Positions 37,208 to 47,043 of a stretch of 64,000 nucleotides of DNA are shown piece after piece. The notes under the pieces are model-generated. The model was not told the origin of the DNA and made no database searches. It saw nothing but the letters and a program-made list of their open reading frames with translations. Where the stretch lies: positions 3,400-67,399 of the forward strand of contig DAINPM010000007.1 in the NCBI GenBank assembly GCA_036743455.1. Direction: 5' to 3'. Source of the DNA: Bacteroidales bacterium. Its GTDB lineage: Bacteria; Bacteroidota; Bacteroidia; Bacteroidales; VadinHA17. Made by a program: the position numbers and the translations under genes. Each line of letters starts with the position of its first letter. Positions within the stretch are counted from its first letter, which is position 1.

Positions 37208-38395
37208 TCAGGCGAGGAAATCATAGGGTATATCTACAAGCCTGGTAATATCACTTATCTTGTCTTTTACAGCAAAATTTCTTGTACATTCCACTGTGCA
37301 AACATTACAATCGCTACATGGATTATTCTTGATTTCCATTTGGTTGAGCAAATCTTTTGCCATTGCCGGATTAGCATATCCGTATGCATACATATAGGCG
37401 CGCATAAGATAGGGTATATCAATGTTTTTAGGACATTCCTCAAGGCATTTTTTGCATCCTGAACACAACAAACCGGGCAGTGCATTTGATGCTACAAGAT
37501 CGTTTTTTTCCTGGTCGGTAAGTGTAAGATCCTCCATCACCTTTGCATTTTCTTCCAGTTCATCAAAATTCGTCATTCCTGGAATTGTAGTATGAATATC
37601 GGGATTTGAGAGAACCCATTTCAGGGCAGCAGTTGTATTCATTCGTTGCTTCCTCTCTCTGTCCAGGAATCCACCACCTGCCATCGTTTTCATTGCTACA
37701 ATACCTATCCCGGCTCCTGCGGCTTTTTTTATGGCACTTTGTAATTCAGAAAGATAAGACAGCCGGTAATTATATTGCGTCAGTATAACATCCCACACAT
37801 CATAATTTGCTGCTGCATCAATCACCTCTGCTTCATTCCTGTGAGTAGAAAAACCTATAAATTTAATTCTTCCATCTTTTTTAAGCTTTTTAACCGTGTC
37901 AATAATCGGCTTATAATCAAACAACTCCGGATTAGTGACATCATGGACATACAGTATATCGACATAATCCAGTTTCAGTCGCGACATGCTTATATTGAAA
38001 AGTTCAAGGAATTTTTCAGGGGTTGTATCATTAGTGGGTTCGCCGTTCCGGCCCGTACCAGGTTTAACTTTTGTAGAGATTACGAATGAATCGCGGGGAT
38101 AATCCTTAAAGAGGTTACCCAGCATAGTTTCGCTGTTTCCTCCCAGGTATCCATTGGCAGTATCAAATAATCTCATTCCTTTGTCGTGAGCTGCCCTGCA
38201 TAAATTCGGGTTATCGGATCTCATGACTCCAAAGCTGACCACAGGTATTTTAAGTCCGGTTTTTCCAAGAGTTCTGTATATAATATTCCTGTCATCCGCA
38301 GCAATTGGTGATGCAGCAAATACAGGAGACACAGCCAATGCTCCCGCTCCGGCTATTCCTTTCCGTAGAAATCCTCTTCGCGATATATGTTTCAT
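37208..38395 (-). CDS. Tat-signal aldo/keto reductase with a C-terminal 2x[4Fe-4S]-type cysteine domain
   Basis: The N-terminus reads MKHISRRGFLRKGIAGAGALAVSPVFA (twin-arginine signal). The AKR core has YRTLGKTGLKIPVVSFG and LFDTANGY. The C-terminus has CSGCKKCLEECP and CSDCNVCTVEC ferredoxin-type motifs. Confidence 0.8.
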   Translation of the reverse strand: MKHISRRGFLRKGIAGAGALAVSPVFAASPIAADDRNIIYRTLGKTGLKIPVVSFGVMRSDNPNLCRAAHDKGMRLFDTANGYLGGNSETMLGNLFKDYPRDSFVISTKVKPGTGRNGEPTNDTTPEKFLELFNISMSRLKLDYVDILYVHDVTNPELFDYKPIIDTVKKLKKDGRIKFIGFSTHRNEAEVIDAAANYDVWDVILTQYNYRLSYLSELQSAIKKAAGAGIGIVAMKTMAGGGFLDRERKQRMNTTAALKWVLSNPDIHTTIPGMTNFDELEENAKVMEDLTLTDQEKNDLVASNALPGLLCSGCKKCLEECPKNIDIPYLMRAYMYAYGYANPAMAKDLLNQMEIKNNPCSDCNVCTVECTRNFAVKDKISDITRLVDIPYDFLA

Positions 38396-38503
38396 AATCT
38401 AAAGTTTTGTTTTTATCAGATTTAAAAAATGTATCCTACAAGTAAAAAAACTAAAAATAATTATTTATATTTTATCTCTGTGAGCAATATGTCTGCACAA
38501 CTA

Positions 38504-39235
38504 TTATTGAAGGTTTCTTATTCTCACCTCTATACCGGTGTCTTTAAGCAACTTAACCAGTTCGTTCGTATCCGTATTACTGTAATGATATGGGTATAGG
38601 ATCTGTGGTTTAAAAGCAAGAGCTGCATCAGCAACCATTTCCGGAGTCATTGTATATGGCAGGTTCATAGGGAGAAAAGCTACATAGATATTTTTCAAAG
38701 CTTTCATTTCAGGTATATTCTCTGTGTCACCGGCAACATATATCCTTTTGTCACCAATTGTCAGGATATACCCGTTACCAACCCCCTTGGGATGAAAAGG
38801 CTGCCCTGGAGAACGCATATTTACAATATTATAGGCAGGAACAGCTTCAATAGTTATATCGATGATATTTTCCACATCGCCAGCTTTCATGGTTTTTGCT
38901 CCCTTTACACGAGAAGCTGCATTTAGATTAGCCATCACAATGGTTCCCGCTTTACTCAGATCTTCAATGAGTTCCGGATCAAGATGATCGGAATGTTCGT
39001 GAGTAACCAGAATCAGATCAGCCTTCTTAGAAATGTCATAATTTCCTATTGATCTCACCGGATCGATATAAATACGAAAATCGTTGACCTGAAACATCAG
39101 TGATCCATGGCCAATAAAATGCATCTCGACATCTCCTGCATCCGTACTGATTACATCAACAGCAGGAGGATCCTGGGGAAAAACCTGTGTTGCCATTGCA
39201 ATAAAAATATAACTCAGTATCTTAATAATTATCAT
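38504..39235 (-). CDS. MBL-fold metallo-hydrolase (secreted)
   Basis: N-terminal hydrophobic signal, then LILVTHEHSDHLD (HxHxDH motif) and later His/Asp positions typical of the metallo-beta-lactamase fold. Confidence 0.8.
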   Translation of the reverse strand: MIIIKILSYIFIAMATQVFPQDPPAVDVISTDAGDVEMHFIGHGSLMFQVNDFRIYIDPVRSIGNYDISKKADLILVTHEHSDHLDPELIEDLSKAGTIVMANLNAASRVKGAKTMKAGDVENIIDITIEAVPAYNIVNMRSPGQPFHPKGVGNGYILTIGDKRIYVAGDTENIPEMKALKNIYVAFLPMNLPYTMTPEMVADAALAFKPQILYPYHYSNTDTNELVKLLKDTGIEVRIRNLQ

Positions 39236-39501
39236 GACATAAAGATAAGCTTTTCTGCTCTTTAATCAAAAAAACCTCACAGCATAAAAAATAACTTCTT
39301 TATCACTCAGGAAAATAATATCGAAAACCCTCTAACTGACTCTGTCTGTATCTATATCCTGCAAAATAAGATAATTTGGCAATGTGTCAGGCAGTAAATA
39401 TGTGATACTCGTCAAATTTCTTCGTCGTACCAGCGTTTTAAATATAAAAATTAATAACTTGGCGCAGGTATTTAGGTTACAGCGTTACTTTATTAACACT
39501 G

Positions 39502-42500
39502 ATGGGTTCAGGTAAAGATAAACAAGCCGGATTACTTATTTTTCTTCTTGGTTTATCGCTATATGTAAATTGCCAGCCAGCAGCAAATCACAGGTTTCAT
39601 TTTGAAGGCAACCAGGCGGTTAACCAGATAAGACCTTCTATTAATTCTATTAAGGTCAACTATTCGATATCTGATCTGGATATGGAAGTATTATCAAATG
39701 AACGAGGAAAGTACTTTCGTATCAGTATACCAGGGCATGTTCCAACTACAGCAATTGGCAAACCTGAATTACCTGTATTTTCACGTCTGATTACCATTCC
39801 TGATAATTTCTCCTTTAAAATAAATATTACTGAAATAAGGTCAAAAACCATTGTCCCCCGCAAAAGTAATATTGAAGGCATCCTTTACCCTGCACAGGAA
39901 GGAGATACTAAAACTCTCCGGGATAAAAAACCATTCATAATTGATGAAACGACATATACTACCCCGGGCTTGCTTAACCAGGATACGGTAAGGATAGAAC
40001 CAGCAGGCAGGGTAAGAGGAAAAAATCTGGCAAATCTTATGGTGTTTCCGATAAGATATGATCCCCGGAAAAATCTCCTGGAGGTCATTACCTCTATGGA
40101 AATAGAAATCATCTTTACCGGCCCGGAACAATATTTACCTGAAACTATTGCTTTCAGTGGAATTTTAAGTAAAGGCTTATCAAATTATTACCAGTCAGAT
40201 TTTATCACTGGATATTCTGACCAGCCTGTGAGGATGATAATACTTACCGATACTTCATTCTCACAGTCACTTGATCCACTGATCAGATGGAAAAGACAAA
40301 AAGGATTTGATCTTGAAATCATATACAGAGGTTCAGAATATGCAGGTGTCAGTTTTAGTGAGATAAAAACCACAATCTCAGATATCTATAATTCCTCAGG
40401 CGAAAACCCTCCGCCTGATTATCTGTTAATAATAGGAGATGTATCAGTAATACCTCTGTCAGAAGGAACAACAAATATCACAGATCTTTATTATGCCGAA
40501 TTCGATGGTAATGGTGATTACATTCCGGAAATGTTCGTGGGAAGGCTTCCGGTAAAAGACACATCAGAGTTAAGATCTGTTGTTAAGAAAATTATACAAT
40601 ACGAAAAATTTGAATTTGCCGACACAAATAACTTTTATTCCAATAGTCTGGCAACAACAGGTTACGATGCCAGTTATGCAACCTTTATGAACGGGCAGGT
40701 AAGATATGCGGTAACTAATTACCTTACACCAGAAAACAATATAAATGAATACCATTTTTATTATCCCCAAAACGAACAGGAACATAAAGATTCTGTAATA
40801 AAAATAATAAACAAGGGTATATCATTCATGAATTACTCGGGCCACGGTTCGCCTACCGGGTGGTTACATATTGGCATTGACACATCAGATGTCTCAAAAC
40901 TCACTAATAATAATATGTATCCCTTTGTTGTAAGTAATTCCTGCTTTACCTCCAGGTATAATATGGCTTCGTTGGGCAACCGGATGGTTATTTCAAATGA
41001 TAAAGGGGCTATTGGATTTATTGGTTGTTCAAGTGATTCATATTGGTTTGAGGATTTTTACTGGTCAGTTGGTGTAGGAACGCCTTCAGAAAATCCGACA
41101 TACGAAACAACAGGTCCTGGTTTTTATGACCGCATGTTTCATACCAACGGAGAAAAAGCATCTGACTGGTATTTTACAATGGGCCAGGTTAATTATGCAG
41201 GAAATCTTGCCGTTACTTCAAGCACAAGTTCAAGAAAAAAATATTACTGGGAAACATATAATCTGGTCGGTGACCCAAGTCTGATACCATTCATTGGTAC
41301 TCCCGGACAGTTTTCTATCACATTGCCAGACCGTTTACCTGAAGATATTACTTCCTGGTCATTCATTGCAGAACCATTTTCGTATATAGCGGTCTCCTGT
41401 TTTGATACTCTGTGGGATGCATCACATGCAAGTCCCTCAGGTTCCGTAACTCTTGACCTTCCTGCTGATAAAGGAGATTCTTGTATGATAGTTATTACAG
41501 GACAGAATAAAAAACCTTTTACGAAGACTATATATTTTTCAGAAATAAATGAGGAATTCATAAGTCTCACAAATACAGAGATCAATGATGTGAAGGGAAA
41601 TAATGATGGTAATGCAGATTATGGGGAATCGGTTTATCTGAATCTCACTATAAAAAATTTCGGAGCAACGGATGCAACCAATCTGACTGCCCGCATAACT
41701 TCAGCATCAGAATGGGCCAATATAATCAACGGCACTGCTGTTATCGGGACACTAGGGGCAGGAAATGAAATTTCTGTCAGCGACATTCTTGAATTTCAGG
41801 TCACTGAAGAAATTCCGGACAATGGTCTAATAACATTTGATCTTATTCTGGAAGATAACTATACTGAAAAAACATACAAGATTGATATAGAAACACATGC
41901 TCCTGTTCTTGACATATTAAGCTGTATCATCAATGATACAGAAACAGGGAACGGAGATTTCATTGCTGATGCCGGAGAGACCTTCAAACTTGTTTTCAGG
42001 GTGCGCAATAACGGCAGCAGTCATATTTCAGGAGATTTGGTTATCAGCAGCTCTGACGCCGGTTTTACAATACTTGAACCAACCAAAAATTCAGGTGATC
42101 TTCTTCCCGGTGAAATATCCGATGTAGCTATTCTTGTCAGATTATCTTCCTTTATCAATTACGGAACAACTATATCTGTTGATGCTTCTCTGGACTGTGA
42201 TCCATACTTTTCCGACAAAAGATTTTCTTTCAGAACAGGACGTTTAAGAGAATCTTTTGAATTAGAATCTTTTACCCTGTTCCCATGGATCAATATCAGT
42301 TCAGTTCCATGGATAATAACTGAATCAGGCACTGTTGACGGAATAATAGCTGCCAGGTCGGGAATGATTTCTCATAACAACTCCTCATCACTGATAATGA
42401 AAACATGGTACCAAATGGATGATTCTCTTAGCTTTTACTATAAGGTTTCTTCCGAAAAGAATTGTGATCATCTCATCTTTAAACTGAATGATGAAGAGGT

Positions 42501-43254
42501 GTTCCGTAAATCAGGAGAGACAGGATGGGAGAAAAAAACCATTGGTATACCTTCAGGCTTTAATAAGCTGGAATGGGTTTATAATAAGGATATTTCAATA
42601 TCAGAAGGAAATGATAATGCAATGATAGACATGATAGACTTTGCAAAGACAAGCACAGTACAATATATTGAAAAAGACTTAATTACAGGGAAAATAGTAT
42701 CTCCTGCCCGGAAAGATAATTTAGGACGGGAAAATGTTACAGTCAAAGTACTGAATATTGGTCCTGATACTATAAATGGGTTTAATCTTGCATACAGGCT
42801 CAATGACGGACCTGCTGTTGAACAGCATTTCAATGAAATTCTTTATCCTTCATTTGATTCCATATCTGTCACTTTCAATACTATGGTAAATATGTCCAGA
42901 TATGGAAAATATAATATAGTTGTATATTCATACAATAATAATGATCAGAACTTCCTGAATGATACTTTATCGGTGGTTATTGAGAACAATGTTGCTGACG
43001 AAGCGCTCATTGCTTATCCCAATCCTTTCCGTGATGAACTTAATCTGGTGATCAATTCCGAAATTGATGATATTGTCCGGATAAGTCTTTTCAATTCAAT
43101 GGGTAAAACTATCCATGAAATGGAATTACCTGTTACTTCCGGTATGAATGAGACAATTATCAGAAACAGAAGGCTCGTTCCGGGTATTTACTATCTCAGA
43201 CTGACAATTCAGGGAAAATCAATAACTATCCCGGTAATAAATATGAGAAAATAA
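39502..43254 (+). CDS. Gingipain-like cysteine peptidase (family C25) with Ig/CARDB-like domains and a T9SS type-A C-terminal sorting domain
   Basis: The catalytic dyad context is NYSGHGSPTGW (His codon 40843-40845) and PFVVSNSCFTSRY (Cys codon 40942-40944). The C-terminus LIAYPNPFRDELNLVI…VPGIYYLRLTIQGKSITIPVINMRK is a T9SS CTD. An N-terminal signal peptide is present. Confidence 0.85.
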   Translation: MGSGKDKQAGLLIFLLGLSLYVNCQPAANHRFHFEGNQAVNQIRPSINSIKVNYSISDLDMEVLSNERGKYFRISIPGHVPTTAIGKPELPVFSRLITIPDNFSFKINITEIRSKTIVPRKSNIEGILYPAQEGDTKTLRDKKPFIIDETTYTTPGLLNQDTVRIEPAGRVRGKNLANLMVFPIRYDPRKNLLEVITSMEIEIIFTGPEQYLPETIAFSGILSKGLSNYYQSDFITGYSDQPVRMIILTDTSFSQSLDPLIRWKRQKGFDLEIIYRGSEYAGVSFSEIKTTISDIYNSSGENPPPDYLLIIGDVSVIPLSEGTTNITDLYYAEFDGNGDYIPEMFVGRLPVKDTSELRSVVKKIIQYEKFEFADTNNFYSNSLATTGYDASYATFMNGQVRYAVTNYLTPENNINEYHFYYPQNEQEHKDSVIKIINKGISFMNYSGHGSPTGWLHIGIDTSDVSKLTNNNMYPFVVSNSCFTSRYNMASLGNRMVISNDKGAIGFIGCSSDSYWFEDFYWSVGVGTPSENPTYETTGPGFYDRMFHTNGEKASDWYFTMGQVNYAGNLAVTSSTSSRKKYYWETYNLVGDPSLIPFIGTPGQFSITLPDRLPEDITSWSFIAEPFSYIAVSCFDTLWDASHASPSGSVTLDLPADKGDSCMIVITGQNKKPFTKTIYFSEINEEFISLTNTEINDVKGNNDGNADYGESVYLNLTIKNFGATDATNLTARITSASEWANIINGTAVIGTLGAGNEISVSDILEFQVTEEIPDNGLITFDLILEDNYTEKTYKIDIETHAPVLDILSCIINDTETGNGDFIADAGETFKLVFRVRNNGSSHISGDLVISSSDAGFTILEPTKNSGDLLPGEISDVAILVRLSSFINYGTTISVDASLDCDPYFSDKRFSFRTGRLRESFELESFTLFPWINISSVPWIITESGTVDGIIAARSGMISHNNSSSLIMKTWYQMDDSLSFYYKVSSEKNCDHLIFKLNDEEVFRKSGETGWEKKTIGIPSGFNKLEWVYNKDISISEGNDNAMIDMIDFAKTSTVQYIEKDLITGKIVSPARKDNLGRENVTVKVLNIGPDTINGFNLAYRLNDGPAVEQHFNEILYPSFDSISVTFNTMVNMSRYGKYNIVVYSYNNNDQNFLNDTLSVVIENNVADEALIAYPNPFRDELNLVINSEIDDIVRISLFNSMGKTIHEMELPVTSGMNETIIRNRRLVPGIYYLRLTIQGKSITIPVINMRK

Positions 43255-43293
43255 AGTTTATGTTTTTCCGCAATTTTAATACCAGTTACTGAT

Positions 43294-43863
43294 ATGAAAC
43301 AAAATACACCAGACAGGGAATCAGCATTAGAATTATTAAAGAAATACAACAAATCCGAAAGTCTTTTAAAGCATGCTTTTGCAGTGGAAGGTGTGATGAG
43401 ATATATGGCAGGGAAGCATGGAGAAGATAAAGAAAAATGGGGTTTGATAGGTTTGATACATGATCTGGACTATGAAAAATATCCTGATCAGCACTGTGCT
43501 ATGACAAAAAAAATTCTTGAGGAAAACAAATGGCCGGAAGAATATATCCGGGCTGTCATGAGTCATGGATGGGGTATTGTGACTGATGTTGAACCTGTTA
43601 CTTTGCTTGAAAAAACATTGTATGCCATAGATGAGTTGACGGGTCTTGTTGTTACCAGTGCTTTGGTCAGGCCATCCAGGAGTGTAATGGACCTTGAAGT
43701 AAGGTCGGTTAAGAAAAAATGGAACGACAAGAGGTTTGCAGCTGGTGTTGATCGCTCAGTAATAGAAAAAGGGGCTTCCATGCTGGGTGTAAGTCTTGAT
43801 GAATTGATCCAGGATTGCATAATGGGAATGAGGGAAGTTGCAGAAGAAACAGGTCTGAAATAA
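43294..43863 (+). CDS. HD-domain (HDIG-type) metal-dependent phosphohydrolase
   Basis: LLKHAFAVEGVMRYMA… and GLIHDLDYEKYP supply the H…HD motif. 189 aa. Confidence 0.75.
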   Translation: MKQNTPDRESALELLKKYNKSESLLKHAFAVEGVMRYMAGKHGEDKEKWGLIGLIHDLDYEKYPDQHCAMTKKILEENKWPEEYIRAVMSHGWGIVTDVEPVTLLEKTLYAIDELTGLVVTSALVRPSRSVMDLEVRSVKKKWNDKRFAAGVDRSVIEKGASMLGVSLDELIQDCIMGMREVAEETGLK

Positions 43864-44068
43864 AAAAAATTCTTTTTCCCCTGTTCTGTGCTGTTATCAT
43901 AGCCTTAAAAGACAACCAAAAGATATCCGGATTACTGAAGTATATATATCAGTAATACTAACCACTCACCCTTAATCGTTTAAAACGCAGTAGGCCGAAA
44001 ATATATAATTTATGTTTTTTCGTTCAACAGATAAGAAATAGAAACTGCAGGTATTCAGACTAGTCAGT

Positions 44069-44803
44069 TTATAATTCTTTTATTTTTATATTTCTATACC
44101 AGACCTCAAAACCATGATCCTGCAGACCTATATGGCCTTCTTTGGGAAGATTAACAAACCATTCCCAGTCTTTAAATTTAGAGTTGGCACACAGTTGTCT
44201 CCACTCATCGGTTCCTATGGTAAAAGAAACAACATTTTCGCCATTCTGTCGGAAGACAACATTTCCCTGGTCAACTCTTATCACCACCTGATTCCATTCT
44301 CCAACAGGTTTGGCGTTTTGCGGTACTGCGGGTATCATATCGTATAATGAACCTGCCTGCCTGTTCCCATCAACACCCATCTTTGCATCAGGATGCTTTA
44401 CATTATCCAGAACCTGCATTTCCGGAGCAGTCATATATATTGGCGTTTCAGGAATTTCGCGGGCAAAGATAAAGATCCCGCTGTTTCCACCCTCTGATAT
44501 CTTCCACTCAAGCGATAATTCAAAATTACTATATTTCTTTTCTGTAATAATGTCTGTATTTGTCATATTCCCGTTCCCGATTCCGCGACAATGAAAACAA
44601 CCATCCACAATTTCCCAATAGGCATTGGGAAAAGCCGGAGCATTATAGCCTCTCCATCCTGAAGCTGTTGTGCCATCAAAAAGAGAAACCCAGCCATTAT
44701 TATCATTAGCTGCTGCTTCTTTTGGAGCATTTCCCCCGGATCCGCAAGAATTAAGCAATCCCAGGATCATTAATAAGAATATTAAATTTTTTACCGTATT
44801 CAT
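44069..44803 (-). CDS. DUF1080 (3-keto-disaccharide hydrolase-like, concanavalin-type) lipoprotein
   Basis: Lipobox LLMILGLLNSCGS. WVSLFDGTTASGWRGY… and the C-terminal GHIGLQDHGFEVWYRNIKIKEL are the usual DUF1080 start and end motifs. Confidence 0.75.
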   Translation of the reverse strand: MNTVKNLIFLLMILGLLNSCGSGGNAPKEAAANDNNGWVSLFDGTTASGWRGYNAPAFPNAYWEIVDGCFHCRGIGNGNMTNTDIITEKKYSNFELSLEWKISEGGNSGIFIFAREIPETPIYMTAPEMQVLDNVKHPDAKMGVDGNRQAGSLYDMIPAVPQNAKPVGEWNQVVIRVDQGNVVFRQNGENVVSFTIGTDEWRQLCANSKFKDWEWFVNLPKEGHIGLQDHGFEVWYRNIKIKEL

Positions 44804-44904
44804 AATTACTTATTTTTTTGTTATTTGAGGAATACTAAACATATATTATTTTAATTGGCATCCATGAAGCCTTTAAGCCTCCTATTCAATAAACCACATA
44901 ACAT

Positions 44905-46386
44905 TTATGCCGGCATATCAGGCAGTGACCATCCCTCTCTGTATGTATGCCGGATCATTTCGTTCGCAAAAGCCTTTGCATTAATTGTAATATTTGGTCT
45001 GTCAAATTTAGGATCTCCATCAATAATTGTAAAATTATCTGACAAAGTGAGTCTTACATTATCAGAATCGCTGATATTTGTGAACTCCATTTTTTCTCCG
45101 TCCCAGTGCAGTTCCTTATTTAGTCCCTGTAATCTCACTGCCAGCACTCCCATAACAACCATTTCGTTGAAGGGTCCTGCTTCCGAAAAGTCTGATTTGG
45201 CAGGTATTCTGTTTTCAGGGTTTTCTTTACACGCACGAACCCAGTCCATTTCATGACTTAGTTCCACCCTTCTTTCTGTTTGCGGGACTGATGGGACACG
45301 TCCGGACAATAGCCAGGGGTCACGGCCGTAGCAACCGCACACCAGTGTATCTTTTGAACCATGGAACAACACACCTCCCCCATTGTTATTCATATCTTTT
45401 CCGGAAGGCCAGCCTTCTGGTTTTAATGGTTGCAGTCCTCCGTCATACCATACCACTTCAAGCTCAGGATATTTAATCTTTGAGCCTCTTGGAGCAACTC
45501 TTTCGGGGTAAGTAAGCTTAACCATCTGGGCATTAGGAGCGCAATCAGTCAACAGTAAAGTTGAGCTACCCTGAGCTTTTACAGGATACTGTAAACGCAT
45601 ACTTTCAAAAACTGGATGAAGTATGTGGCAGGCCATGTCGCCCAGGGCTCCGGTTCCAAAATCCCACCATCCGCGCCAGTTCCAGGGAGTATATAAACTA
45701 TTGTAAGGACGCATTTTTGCAGGACCGACAAAGAGATCCCAGTCAAGAGTGTCGGGAACCCATTCTCCTTTTGGTACATTCAAGCCCTGGGGCCATATTG
45801 GACGATCAGTGAATGATTCTATTTTTCTTACCTCACCTATCTCTCCATTCTGTATCCATTCTTTAATCAGGTTAACACCTTCTCCGGAAGCACCCTGGTT
45901 ACCCATTTGGGTAGCGACCCTGTGCTTTTTAGCAAGACGCGTCAGTAATCGTGATTCATATACAGTGTGAGTCAATGGCTTCTGAACAAAGACATGTTTC
46001 CCCATTGTCATAGCTGTAGCTGCTATTATCGCATGAGTATGATCGGCAGTAGCAACAATAACAGCATCAATCGAACTGCCCATCTCATCAAACATTTTCC
46101 GCCAGTCCCAATAAGCCCTGGCGCCAGGATTTTCTTCAAAAACATGTTTGGAATAAGCCCAGTCAACATCACATAATGCAACAATGTTTTCTGTTTCTCT
46201 TACTGCTTTAAGGTTTGAATTACCCATCCCCCCTATTCCGACAACAGCAATATTCAGTCTATCACCCGGAGCCTTTTTTCCTAAACCACTTACCACAGAC
46301 CCGGGCAGAATAGTAAACCCGGCAGCCAAAGCACCAGCGGTTCCAATAAATGAACGACGTGAAACTTTCTTAGATTTATTTTCCAT
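44905..46386 (-). CDS. Tat-signal Gfo/Idh/MocA-family NAD(P)-dependent oxidoreductase
   Basis: The N-terminus MENKSKKVSRRSFIGTAGALAAGFTIL is a twin-arginine signal. The Rossmann text is LNIAVVGIGGMGNSN. VIVATADHTHAIIA and VFVQKPLTH are typical of the family. Confidence 0.85.
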   Translation of the reverse strand: MENKSKKVSRRSFIGTAGALAAGFTILPGSVVSGLGKKAPGDRLNIAVVGIGGMGNSNLKAVRETENIVALCDVDWAYSKHVFEENPGARAYWDWRKMFDEMGSSIDAVIVATADHTHAIIAATAMTMGKHVFVQKPLTHTVYESRLLTRLAKKHRVATQMGNQGASGEGVNLIKEWIQNGEIGEVRKIESFTDRPIWPQGLNVPKGEWVPDTLDWDLFVGPAKMRPYNSLYTPWNWRGWWDFGTGALGDMACHILHPVFESMRLQYPVKAQGSSTLLLTDCAPNAQMVKLTYPERVAPRGSKIKYPELEVVWYDGGLQPLKPEGWPSGKDMNNNGGGVLFHGSKDTLVCGCYGRDPWLLSGRVPSVPQTERRVELSHEMDWVRACKENPENRIPAKSDFSEAGPFNEMVVMGVLAVRLQGLNKELHWDGEKMEFTNISDSDNVRLTLSDNFTIIDGDPKFDRPNITINAKAFANEMIRHTYREGWSLPDMPA

Positions 46387-46513
46387 TTCAGGTAGATTTA
46401 TCTGGTAATATCTTATAAATTTAAGAAAATCATTTCTATTACTGCCTTAATCCCCGGATAAAAAATTCATATCTTGCCGGACAGAATGATCACAGCTTTA
46501 ACTGAACTATAAT

Positions 46514-46987
46514 ATGGAGAAAACTATTATCTTCCTTGATCCGAAAGAAAACCCATTGACAATAAGGATTATCCAGATCATTTTTGGTTTTACGTGCACA
46601 GGAATATCAGTTTTCTGGATTATTTACAACCTTAAAGCCTCAGATGCTGACCAAACATTATGGATAACCTCATTATTGCTATTCGGTTTTGGTTTTTACC
46701 AGATATTATCGGGAATGGGAAAAACAAAAAAGTTTATTGAAATACATAATGGTAAAATAATACTTAAAAAAAGCTCTCTTCTTCCTAAATGTATTATGAA
46801 TCACACTGAACTTAAGAAGATTGAGTCATATCCCCTTAACATCAATTTTTATACCGGTAACAGAAGAAAAACAGTGCTTCGTTTTGGCATCACCTATACA
46901 GAGATAATCAAGACAGTTAAAGACAGGATAGAGGAATTTGCAGCTAGTAATAATATTCCTTACGAAATAAAAGAAGAAGACTTTTAA
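46514..46987 (+). CDS. Hypothetical 2-TM membrane protein
   Basis: 157 aa with two hydrophobic helices (IIQIIFGFTCTGISVFWIIY; LWITSLLLFGFGFYQIL), then a small soluble domain. No family recognised. Confidence 0.4.
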   Translation: MEKTIIFLDPKENPLTIRIIQIIFGFTCTGISVFWIIYNLKASDADQTLWITSLLLFGFGFYQILSGMGKTKKFIEIHNGKIILKKSSLLPKCIMNHTELKKIESYPLNINFYTGNRRKTVLRFGITYTEIIKTVKDRIEEFAASNNIPYEIKEEDF

Positions 46988-47043
46988 TTACCTGTTTAAT
47001 AACAATATACCTTTTAACAGATATTAGTAATTTCAAGTAAAAG

